Positions 9,187-17,458 of a DNA stretch of 64,000 nt are shown here, in pieces; positions within the stretch are counted from its first letter, which is position 1; every line of letters begins with the position of its first letter. The stretch comes from an uncultured delta proteobacterium (GTDB lineage: Bacteria; Desulfobacterota; Binatia; JACPRU01): contig CAVUWD010000002.1 of NCBI GenBank assembly GCA_963745025.1, positions 64,001 through 128,000 of the forward strand, written 5' to 3'. A model generated the notes under the pieces. The model did not search any database, had not been told where the DNA came from, and saw only the letters and a list, made by a program, of their open reading frames with translations. Both the position numbers and the translations under genes were made by a program.

Positions 9187-9501
9187 CTATGCCGGCGCGC
9201 GGTCTGCGCTGCCGGTCGGTGCTGTGATTCTGTGGACCTTGATGCGGTGAGCCGTCTTCTCGGCCTGGGCAAGATCGTACTGCATCTGGAGGCCAAGCCA
9301 GACCTCCGGGCGGCTGCCGAAGGCCTTGGACAGACGTATCGACATCTGCGGGGAGATCCCGGCCTTGCCGTTGACGAGGTTATTGAGGGTCTGGCGCTTC
9401 ACGCCAAGCCGCTCGGCCGCCTCAGTGATGCTGAGGCCCAGAGGTTCAATGCACTCTTGCCGGACGATTCTGCCGGGATGCGGTGGGTTCTTCATGGGCA
9501 T
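9187..9501 (-). CDS. higA: HigA-family antitoxin (HTH-XRE)
   Basis: MPMKNPPHPGRIV..LGLSITEAAERLGV.RQTLNNLVNGKAGISPQM..WLGLQMQYDL. Confidence 0.93.
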   Translation of the reverse strand: MPMKNPPHPGRIVRQECIEPLGLSITEAAERLGVKRQTLNNLVNGKAGISPQMSIRLSKAFGSRPEVWLGLQMQYDLAQAEKTAHRIKVHRITAPTGSADRAPA

Positions 9502-9515
9502 CGCCTTTTTCCTTC

Positions 9516-9678
9516 TTAGTGGTAGTCGATCAGGTCGACGTCGTAAGTGTCGCCTTCCTGGAATCGGAAGATGACGCACCAGTTCGCCCGACTGTCACGC
9601 TCCAAAACCCTTGAGATCGCCTTTCAGGGGGTGGAGCCGGAAACCGCGCAGGTTCATGTCTTCAGGTTGGCGGATGCT
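9516..9678 (-). pseudogene. higB: HigB/RelE toxin remnant (5'-truncated and frameshifted)
   Basis: PEDMNLRGFRLHPLKGDLKGF, then a shifted frame with ..NWCVIFRFQEGDTYDVDLIDYH*. Confidence 0.8.
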
Positions 9679-9812
9679 CGAGGAGCTCTTTGGAGACTTT
9701 CCGTTTTCGGTGGACGCCGACCGAGCGCATGCACTGGGCGCGCTTCTCTACCCATTCGCTCGTGAGGTCATCGACTCGCCGTTGCCGCTTCACATGGTCG
9801 ATGCCCCCAACG
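9674..9812 (+). pseudogene. Fragment resembling a phage/plasmid primase-helicase-associated protein
   Basis: LEELFGDFPFSVDADRAHALGALLYPFAREVIDSPLPLHMVDAP; recognised from memory only. Confidence 0.4.
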
Positions 9813-9911
9813 CCCTGACCGAGCTTTCGTGTCCTTATTGTAGGATTTCCGCATGGGGTGGTGTCGGAGGTAGTCCGCGAGCTCAACGACCTTCGAGCAT
9901 CCCGCTCCTCA

Positions 9912-9946
9912 TTGACGTAGTCACCGCGACCGCCTATCGTGACTAC
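9912..9946 (+). promoter_or_regulatory. Sigma70-type promoter with overlapping operator; probably a leaderless transcript
   Basis: TTGACG-17 nt-TATCGT, 6 nt before the ATG at 9947; inverted repeat GTAGTCAC/GTGACTAC. Confidence 0.65.
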
Positions 9947-10234
9947 ATGAGTAAGGTCGACAAGATCGTCGGCGTCCGCGAGGTCCGTGCCAGGATGAGC
10001 GCTTACCTTCGTGCCGTGGCGCATGGGGAGTCGATCACGATCGCCGACCGCCGCAAGAAGCCCATCGCGCGTCTGGTTCCCATAGAGACGAATCCCGAGC
10101 GGGAAGCGCTGCGCCGCCTCGCATCGATGGGCGCGATTACACTGGGAGTCGGCAGGCCCGGACGAAACCCGCCGCTGAGATTGCGGCGCAAGGGACGTCT
10201 CGTCTCCGACATGATAATCGAAGATCGGCGGTGA
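9947..10234 (+). CDS. Phd/YefM-family antitoxin
   Basis: IVGVREVRARMSAYLRAVAHGESITI..KPIARLVP; C-terminal VSDMIIEDRR. Confidence 0.9.
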   Translation: MSKVDKIVGVREVRARMSAYLRAVAHGESITIADRRKKPIARLVPIETNPEREALRRLASMGAITLGVGRPGRNPPLRLRRKGRLVSDMIIEDRR

Positions 10235-10653
10235 TCCTCTATCTCGACGCCAGCGCGGTCGTGAAGGTTTACGTGGCCGAGACGGCGTCCGACAGGGTTC
10301 GCGAGCTCGTTGTCGCGGCCGATGGTCTCTTGACGGTGCGCATCAGCTACGCGGAGGTGCGCGCCGCCTTTGCTCGCGCTCGCCGCGAGCGTCTGCTTTC
10401 CGCGGCAGATCTCCGCGCGCTGACTCGAGCATTCGATGAGGACTGGGCGCGATACTCGATCGTCGAGGTGAGCGATGCCGTCGTTCGTCAGGCAGCCTCG
10501 CTCAGCGAGCGTCACGCGCTGCGTGGATATGATGCCGTGCAGCTCGCGGCCGCACTCGCCGCGGGTCAGGCGATCGACACGATTCGATTCGTGTGCTTCG
10601 ACGAGCGGCTGGCGCGCGCTGCGCGTCGAGAGGGCCTGGCGATCGCGGTGTGA
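10231..10653 (+). CDS. vapC: VapC PIN-domain toxin
   Basis: ILYLDASAVVKVY, SYAEV, LRGYDAVQLAAA, FDERL. Confidence 0.92.
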   Translation: MILYLDASAVVKVYVAETASDRVRELVVAADGLLTVRISYAEVRAAFARARRERLLSAADLRALTRAFDEDWARYSIVEVSDAVVRQAASLSERHALRGYDAVQLAAALAAGQAIDTIRFVCFDERLARAARREGLAIAV

Positions 10654-10730
10654 ACGGCGGTCGCTTCTAGCTCAGGCGTCCGAAACACTGACCCGTCCTC
10701 TCAGTAGATGAGATCTTCGGTCCACCTTGC

Positions 10731-10774
10731 TGTCGCGGTAGGGGCCGAGGGCAACCCCAGTCCCTACCGCGACA
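10731..10774. repeat. Strong hairpin with GCAA tetraloop, resembling the 3' domain VI of a group II intron
   Basis: TGTCGCGGTAGGG / CCCTACCGCGACA 13-bp perfect stem, GNRA loop. Confidence 0.5.
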
Positions 10775-10847
10775 CACACAGGAGGTGAGGGAGAGCGAAG
10801 CGGTTCCGTCCAAAGGACGATCCGGCAGCTGGCCGAGCGTGCAATAC

Positions 10848-11288
10848 TCAGCGCGTCCGTTTCCCGGGCGTCCTTCGCGGGGCGCCGAGACGCTTCTCGG
10901 CTCGCCGTAAGAGGATAGATTTCGCCGGTCTTCCCGGGAATGTGCGCCTTAGAAGCGCGTACCGGTCAGCTCGATTCTTGCAGCCCTTGAGGAGCGCGCG
11001 AACGCGACGAAGGTCTTCCTCGCGCCTTCTCGCCCGATAGGCGATGACGTATTCCGAACGCTTCTTGGCGGACGGCACTCCGCGGCCCTTGCAAGCTGCG
11101 GAGCAATACTTTTGAGGTCTCCCCCTGACGCTTCGCGTGAAGATCCGCCGACAGCCACGCACGAGGCAGACTCCGAAAGCAAACTTCCGGTCCCTAGTTA
11201 CTGCCAGCAGCGCGGCCGCGGTGAGGTCACCTAGCTCCGCCGATGCGATCTGCCACGAGATCCTATCCCCACTTCTGCGCAACACCAT
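10848..11288 (-). CDS. Hypothetical protein with a CGNR-like zinc finger, probably 5'-truncated
   Basis: CLVRGCRRIF...RPQKYCSAACK. Confidence 0.45.
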   Translation of the reverse strand: MVLRRSGDRISWQIASAELGDLTAAALLAVTRDRKFAFGVCLVRGCRRIFTRSVRGRPQKYCSAACKGRGVPSAKKRSEYVIAYRARRREEDLRRVRALLKGCKNRADRYALLRRTFPGRPAKSILLRRAEKRLGAPRRTPGKRTR

Positions 11289-11513
11289 CTCAGCCGAACT
11301 GGATGCTCGATGTCAGCCCCGATGGCAGAGCCGGTACTAACGCGCCGAAAGCCAAACGGCGCCGAGGGTCTGTGCTAGCAGTTCCTTGAATTGCTGTTGT
11401 CGCAAGCAAAGGCGGTCGAGAAGCCGGTCTCTCGGTATCGCTGCGACTAGGTTCGTGACGGCTTCGCCAGTCATCGCGATCAGCACGTTCCTGAATCTGT
11501 CGAGCATTTGATC

Positions 11514-11657
11514 GACCGCGTCCTCGAGGCGGCGGCAGAGGGCAAGGCCGACGTGATCGTGTCGGGCGACCGACATCTCTTGCGCCTCAAGGCCTGGCGG
11601 AGCATCTCGATCGAGTCACCGGCCGCGTTCATCGCGCGGTTGGGCGAGCCGGCGTGA
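11514..11657 (+). pseudogene. PIN-domain toxin C-terminal fragment
   Basis: DRVLEAAAEGKADVIVSGDRHLLRLK..IESPAAF, with no N-terminus. Confidence 0.7.
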
Positions 11658-11715
11658 AGGGGCAAGGGGTAAGGAAGGACGGCGACGCGGCGAGAAAGAA
11701 CCCGGGTTGCCGATC

Positions 11716-12050
11716 TCAGGGATTAGGGACCTCGTGTTCTTGCACGAGCAGCGGCCAGTGCCTCCTCCGGGCCGGGACCGTGGCTCGGAAGTGGCGAAAA
11801 TCCCAGGTGAGAATCAGGCCGCCGCGGGTCGCGGCCATCGCCATCACGATCGCATCGACCAAATCGAGCCCGCTCTGTCCGTACCTCTCGACCAGGTCGA
11901 GAGCGCGACCGTGTTCGCCGTCCGTCGGCCTGTCGAGCGAGTGCTGCCTCGACGCAGGCGTCGAAAAGCCGTGCCATCGCCAAGGCTTTAGACATGACCC
12001 CCTTCTCGAATGGGCAGACGAACATCGCGGTGAACTCGGCAGCGCCGCGA
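11716..12050 (-). pseudogene. PIN-domain toxin remnant (frameshifted)
   Basis: RALDLVERYGQSGLDLVDAIVMAMA..LILTWDFRHFRA..PNP*. Confidence 0.65.
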
Positions 12051-12067
12051 TCTGGTTTGCCCTCGCA

Positions 12068-12081
12068 TAGCACGCGTGCTA
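12068..12081. promoter_or_regulatory. Palindromic operator of a TA operon
   Basis: Perfect 14-bp palindrome TAGCACGCGTGCTA just upstream of the antitoxin start. Confidence 0.6.
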
Positions 12082-12092
12082 CACGAGAGGAC

Positions 12093-12344
12093 ATGTCGCG
12101 CACCATCACGCAACGCGAGCTCCGCAACGACAGCGGAAAGATCATGCGCGCGCTCGACGCTGGCAAGACGTTCATCGTGACGCGCAACGGCGTGCCGGCG
12201 GCGGAGCTGCGTCCAATCGAGCGCCGCAGGTTCGTGTTGACGTCCACCCTGCTCGAGACCGCGGCCGTGCTGGCGCGGGTGAAAGCCGACCGGTTCTTCG
12301 CCGACCTCGACAGGCGTCTCGATCAGCACCTCCGCAATGGCTGA
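12093..12344 (+). CDS. Phd/YefM-family antitoxin
   Basis: MSRTITQRELRNDSGKIMRALDAGKTFIVTRNGVPAAELRP. Confidence 0.9.
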   Translation: MSRTITQRELRNDSGKIMRALDAGKTFIVTRNGVPAAELRPIERRRFVLTSTLLETAAVLARVKADRFFADLDRRLDQHLRNG

Positions 12345-12747
12345 AGCCGCCACTCGCGACCGCGGCCTCCTCGACACCTCGGTGGTGATCGACCTCCCGA
12401 GCATCGATCCTTCGCACCTGCCGGCCGAGTCTGCGATTTCCGCGCTAACGCTTGCGGAACTTGCCGCCGGACCACACGCCACACGGGACCCGGGTGAGCG
12501 CGCCCGGCGCCAGCAGCGTCTCCAGTGGGCCGAGGCGACGTTCGATCCACTCCCGTTCGACCTAAGCGCAGCGCGCACCTTTGGCGTCGTGTTCGCAGCG
12601 GTCCAGAGGGCGGGCCGCAGAGGCCGTCGCCGAGTCGTCGACCTAATGATCGCGTCGGTTGCCGTCGCGAACGGTCTGCCGCTCTACACGCGCAACGCAG
12701 AAGACTTTCGAGGGCTCGCACGAGTCGTCCAGGTCATCGAGTGCTGA
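12337..12747 (+). CDS. vapC: VapC PIN-domain toxin
   Basis: LLDTSVVID, ISALTLAEL, DLMIASVA, LYTRNAEDF. Confidence 0.92.
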   Translation: MAEAATRDRGLLDTSVVIDLPSIDPSHLPAESAISALTLAELAAGPHATRDPGERARRQQRLQWAEATFDPLPFDLSAARTFGVVFAAVQRAGRRGRRRVVDLMIASVAVANGLPLYTRNAEDFRGLARVVQVIEC

Positions 12748-12790
12748 GTCGGTGCCTCTGAGGCTTTCGGCCCCGAGCCGATCGGCACGC

Positions 12791-12938
12791 CGCCGAGGCC
12801 GATCGCTTCAGGTCGCCGTCCTGGTTGAACACGAAGAGTGGACGATAGCAGGGGCAGGCGAAGTGGCCGCTGTACACGGTGCCTTTCTGCGTCCCGTACG
12901 TCGGGCTCACGCTGCCGTCGATGTCGAGCACCAGCACC
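12791..12938 (-). mobile_element. IS1380-family transposase internal fragment
   Basis: VLVLDIDGSVSPTYGTQKGTVYSGHFACPCYRPLFVFNQDGDL. Confidence 0.75.
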
Positions 12939-13067
12939 GTCCCGACACGTCGAGCTTGCGCGACACCGCGAACTACGACCCCGCGCGTGGCCCCGAGCTG
13001 GATCTGGATCTGCTGCGCGACTATTATCGGCTCTTCGATCGCGAGGCAGAGTTCGAAAAGTGGATTC

Positions 13068-13271
13068 GTGAATCGAGCAGACGCTGATCCACGGGCAAAC
13101 GCTCGCCCGCCCATCGTCGGGAGTCGATTTCGACGCCGCGAGGAACTGCGGTCTACCCGGCCGGTCGACGACCTTGACGAGTTCCTAGCGTTTCTTGCCG
13201 AGTTGGAGAAGGTATTCGGCCCGGTCCCGAAGTCGCCGCGCATTACCCGGGGAAGTCGCTTCGTCCTGTGA
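13068..13271 (+). CDS. Small hypothetical protein following a truncated upstream gene (possible TA-like partner)
   Basis: GTG overlaps the end of a fragment ending ..DLLRDYYRLFDREAEF; contains DLDEFLAFLAEL. Confidence 0.4.
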   Translation: MNRADADPRANARPPIVGSRFRRREELRSTRPVDDLDEFLAFLAELEKVFGPVPKSPRITRGSRFVL

Positions 13272-13449
13272 GCCGTCAACACGTTGTCGTCTCGGGATGC
13301 GAGGACGCGAGCCGAACGACATGGAGCTGAGACTTCTACTGACCCATGCCCTCTTGGTTGACTGGAGAATAGGACAACGATTACGCCTCGGGCTGCGGCC
13401 CTGACTCCATCGCACTGGGCGAAAACAACAGGTGAGGCGGAAACCTAGG

Positions 13450-13767
13450 ATGAAAAGGCGCGGCGAGAGGCGGACAGAGAAGACTTTTTCGCTCCACTGG
13501 AGAAGCGGGGTGATCGAGGAAGAGGTGCGGATCGCCACGCCCTATCACTTGCCCACGATCCAGCTCCTCAAGTTCACAGCGGGACCAGCGTCGGGGAGCC
13601 ACGCGGTTCGCTTCTGCCACTACGACGCCCGCGGGCGGTTCCAGCGCTCGCCGCTGATCGTCGAGGAGAAGGACTTCGCGATGCTCTCGAAGGCGCTGGC
13701 GAAGGCTCGAAAACTGCGAACGATCTTGGCCACGTTCGGCTCATCGCGGCGCCGAGCGTTTCGCTAG
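13450..13767 (+). CDS. Hypothetical protein
   Basis: Protein-like ORF (PTIQLLKF..VRFCHYDARGRFQRSPLIV). Confidence 0.55.
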   Translation: MKRRGERRTEKTFSLHWRSGVIEEEVRIATPYHLPTIQLLKFTAGPASGSHAVRFCHYDARGRFQRSPLIVEEKDFAMLSKALAKARKLRTILATFGSSRRRAFR

Positions 13768-13811
13768 CCGCGTGATGGCAGGAGAGCGCAGATGACCATC
13801 GAACTCAGGAC

Positions 13812-14243
13812 GTGAAATTGAACTACATCACAGTCGCCGAAGCGCGCAGGATGTCAGGCTTGCGTATCGTCCTGGGTGCCTATCCGATCCCGGGGCCGTG
13901 GCGCGAATCGTGTAAAGGCGTCTTTTACGTGAAGGGTCTGAGATACGTGCCGGTGCGCACCGGGAACGACGGCTCGTCCGATCTTTCGGTCGGCATGGGC
14001 GGCACGCAGACGGAACTGATCGATTGGACCGGACAGGCTAGCGCCCCGGTCGTCGCCTGGAACGACGAACGACCGCGCGCGAGCTGGATCGATCAGTTGA
14101 ACCTCGCCGAGCGCCTGGCGCCGAACCCGCCCTTGATTCCAGTGGACATCGACGAGCGCGCCCGGATGTTCGGTCTCGCCAACGAACTCCTCGGCGAGAA
14201 CGGGCTGGTCTGGGTGAAGCCGCATCGGCCGGAAGCGTTGTGA
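13812..14243 (+). pseudogene. Glutathione S-transferase-like protein, N-terminal part only (3'-truncated)
   Basis: PGPWRESCKGVFYVKG, TGQASAPVVAWNDERPR..W, LAERLAP; sequence breaks after GLVW. Confidence 0.5.
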
Positions 14244-14335
14244 CTCGTGGTGCCCGATCTGCAATTGCGGGCATGTAACTTGCTGCTGCCGATATTTCAA
14301 AAGGTCATAGCAGCATTGCCATTGATGCCGCGACG

Positions 14336-14461
14336 CGCAGCGCGTCACGCTCGCTGAGCGAGGCTGCCTCACGAACGACGGCATCGCTCACCGCGACGAT
14401 CGAGTATCGCGCCCAGTCCTCATCGAATGCTCGAGTTCAGCGCGCGGAGATCCGCCGCGGA
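14336..14461 (-). repeat. Inverted, near-identical copy of vapC segment 10399-10523
   Basis: Direct comparison shows a few substitutions and one 1-bp insertion over about 125 bp. Confidence 0.9.
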
Positions 14462-15110
14462 CATCCTAGATTTGAGAAATATTGGCTGGCTTTGTCCCAT
14501 TGATAAGAAGCAAACGAGATGGAGCGCTGCGGCGTGCACCACAGCCGGGTTTGGGAGATGAGAAGGAGATGAGAAGCTGAACCGCGCTCGCATCGTCTCC
14601 GACAACTATTTCGCCAGCGGAGCTCGACGGCCGTTAGCTCTGCGACGGCGGCGTGTCGAGCAACACACCGATCGCGACGGCGATCGGGCTCGGCGCGGCG
14701 GCGAGCAAGGCGAAGCTCGCGGGCAAGAGGGCGGGAACGAGGTAAGGCGTGCGGCGGGCCGGTCGGAGAGGCGCGAGCGCCAGCCAGTCGTAGAGCAAGC
14801 CTGCGATTTTCGTCGTCGTGACGAGGCGCCAGCCTCCGTTACCGCCGGCGCCGGCGGCATCTTCTCTTGGACATGCGGGAGGAAACCCAAGCGGCTGTGG
14901 AACTCGGACGACTCCTCGAGCACCGCGTGCTCAGGCTCCGGCGTCGAGACGAGGAAGGCCGAGAATCTTCCGCGATGGCGCGAAAGGGTGCGTGCGATTG
15001 GTGCGAAACGAGTCAGCAGTCCGACGTGGTACGTCGTAATAGGGAAGTCGAGGTTCGGCAACCGCTACACCGGCACAGCGTATGCTAACGCTCATGGTGA
15101 GGAGGATGCT

Positions 15111-16346
15111 ATGCGAATCCCTATCGTGCCGATCTTGGTCGCAATGTTAGCCGCAAGCGTGAGCGCGGTGGCTGGGAGCGGAGACGTCAGGGACGATACC
15201 GAACGGTCCTTCTTCCCGTACCAGGAGGCCGCCGCACTACCGGAAGTGCCGCCGGTGCTTTCCAAGGGGAATTGGCAAAAGGCGGAGGGCCTGCTCCCCG
15301 TCGAGCTCCTCGAGAAGGTCAAGAGCGGAGAGCTCGAGATTCGCACGCAACAGACCACCGATCTGCCGCTGAGCGCGGCGTACATCGAAGCGACGCGGCG
15401 AAACGGCGATCAGGTGCGGCTTGGCCAGGATGGAAACCTCGTAGGCTACGTCGCCGGTCGTCCGTTTCCACGAATCGACCCAGCCGACCCTCAAGCGGGT
15501 CTCAAGCTCGCCTGGAACTCTCGCTATCGCGACACGGTCGGTTCCGCGCAGGCGTGGGGAGTGTTCCGATTCATCGGCCCATCCGGGGAAGAGATCCGGC
15601 ATCAGATCGAGTTTTACTATGCCATAGCCTACGGTATGCACCGTGGCGACCCGAAGGCCAACCTCTGGGATGGCTCGGGGATCCTGTTCAAGGAACTCTA
15701 TCAATGCCTGGCGCCCGAGGACGTCAAGAACGTGATGCAGCTCACGTTCCGCTACGACGACGATAGGAGCAGCGATCTGAATTTCGCCTACGTGCGGGAG
15801 ATGCACAAGGTGCGTCAGATCAACGTCGACCCGCGAGAGCGGGCAATGTCGAGCGAGATCTTGAACGAGGATTTCTACGGCTTCTGGGGATATCTCCACG
15901 AGCACGACTGGCGCTTGCTCGGCCGCGCGACGCTGCTGGCGCCGGTTGGGGTGAAGGCCGCGAAGTCCACCTACTCACCGGGTCGCGGGTACCCGGCCGA
16001 CCCTTGGGAGCCCAGGAGGATGCTCGTGCTGGAAGCTACGCCCAGAGTGCCGAGCCACCCCTATGGGAAGCGGGTGCTCTACGTCGACGAGCAGATGGGT
16101 GTGCCGCTGTACGTGCTGGCCTACGATCAGCAGGGGCGGCACTACAAGACCCTCTTCACGCTCTATGGGAATCCGGCCTTCAGCCCCGGCAACGAACAGG
16201 TCCGCGCGCCGCTGTGGTTGGGAACTTCAGCGGTCAATCATGCAAGCCACGAGGCTTCGGTAACGGTGATGAACCGGATCGTCCTGCAGACGCGGGTCCA
16301 AGAAGACCTCTTCACCATCGGCCAGCTCGCTCAACTCGCCCGATAA
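15111..16346 (+). CDS. DUF1329 domain secreted protein
   Basis: GAGGAGG RBS; signal peptide; YVAGRPFPRIDPADPQAGLKLAWN, HPYGKRVLYVDEQ. Confidence 0.8.
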   Translation: MRIPIVPILVAMLAASVSAVAGSGDVRDDTERSFFPYQEAAALPEVPPVLSKGNWQKAEGLLPVELLEKVKSGELEIRTQQTTDLPLSAAYIEATRRNGDQVRLGQDGNLVGYVAGRPFPRIDPADPQAGLKLAWNSRYRDTVGSAQAWGVFRFIGPSGEEIRHQIEFYYAIAYGMHRGDPKANLWDGSGILFKELYQCLAPEDVKNVMQLTFRYDDDRSSDLNFAYVREMHKVRQINVDPRERAMSSEILNEDFYGFWGYLHEHDWRLLGRATLLAPVGVKAAKSTYSPGRGYPADPWEPRRMLVLEATPRVPSHPYGKRVLYVDEQMGVPLYVLAYDQQGRHYKTLFTLYGNPAFSPGNEQVRAPLWLGTSAVNHASHEASVTVMNRIVLQTRVQEDLFTIGQLAQLAR

Positions 16347-16465
16347 CCCGCCAGCCCCATATCGTGTTCGCGGAACGTCGTTCTCGGCGACGAGCTTACG
16401 TATTGTCGGGTCCTCCTCGCAGTTTGAACCACGTGGTGCAAATTCAGTCGATCGGGTCCAGAAGT

Positions 16466-16897
16466 TCAGGGCACTATCTCGAGCGGATGGTCGTAGCGCT
16501 CACCGACCAAGATCGCGCCGAAGTCTCTGCGGTCGATCGTGAGGACCCGGTATACACCTCGCCGCTCTGCAACGGCTCCGACCATCCCATCGACGAGGCC
16601 GAGCCGCAGCGATGCGAATCGTGCGTCGATTTCCAGCGCGCGAACCAGGTCGAGCGGCTCCACCGGCTCGAGCTCGTATCGCGTTCGCGGGTCGAGAATC
16701 TCGGCGACGAGCTTTCGCATCGCCCGGCGCTCCTCGCGTAAGAAGTAGTCGACCTCCGCAAGCACGAGAGCTGGAACGATGATTGCCGACGCCGTACGTA
16801 GCGCGCGCGCGTATTCGGGCCAAGTCGGCCGATCGTCGGCACGCGCCGCCAACGCGCGGAGCAGACCTCCGGTATCGGCAACGAGTGGTCGGCTCAA
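16466..16897 (-). CDS. vapC: VapC PIN-domain toxin
   Basis: LVADTGGLL, LVLAEVDY, LGLVDG, VLTIDRRDF. Confidence 0.88.
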   Translation of the reverse strand: MSRPLVADTGGLLRALAARADDRPTWPEYARALRTASAIIVPALVLAEVDYFLREERRAMRKLVAEILDPRTRYELEPVEPLDLVRALEIDARFASLRLGLVDGMVGAVAERRGVYRVLTIDRRDFGAILVGERYDHPLEIVP

Positions 16898-17121
16898 TGT
16901 TCGAGCTCGGCGAAGAGCTCTGACTCGTCACCGAGCTTCAGCGATGTCGAGACGAATAGACCTGTCGTCGGGGGTTTGCGCCGCTTGTAGTAACGCGCCG
17001 CCACGATGCGCAGGCCCTTGCGGAGCAGTTCCGATGCCGAATGCCCGTCCGCACGCGCCCGAGCCAGGGCATCGGCGTCCTCGGGATCGAGACGGATGGT
17101 CGTGCTCACCTTCGTTGCCAT
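16894..17121 (-). CDS. Ribbon-helix-helix antitoxin (VapB-like)
   Basis: MATKVSTTIRLDPED..SASELLRKGL; overlaps the toxin start. Confidence 0.82.
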   Translation of the reverse strand: MATKVSTTIRLDPEDADALARARADGHSASELLRKGLRIVAARYYKRRKPPTTGLFVSTSLKLGDESELFAELEH

Positions 17122-17458
17122 ACATTCGCCATACAACACGACGCTGGGGCAATCAACCAAAGTCTGGGGCGGGCGCGGCCGACCGCGGGGCGAACGCTGG
17201 TAACCAACCGTGACCACACGGTTCCTGACGTCGAAGGCGATGTCTGGGCGCCTCATCATCAGCCCAGAAGGGGTAGTCCCCCCGAGACCGTCGCAGTCGC
17301 ATCCCCGTTCGCCCAAACCCCTTCACCCATCTCGATCCTGGGCTTCACCTTTTGATAGGTTTCATGAAGCAGTTCGGAACCTTCCCGACCGACGAAAGAC
17401 GAGGCATGACCGAGTCCCGCGCCATCGCCGTTGCGATACTTGGAGATCCTCCCACGCC

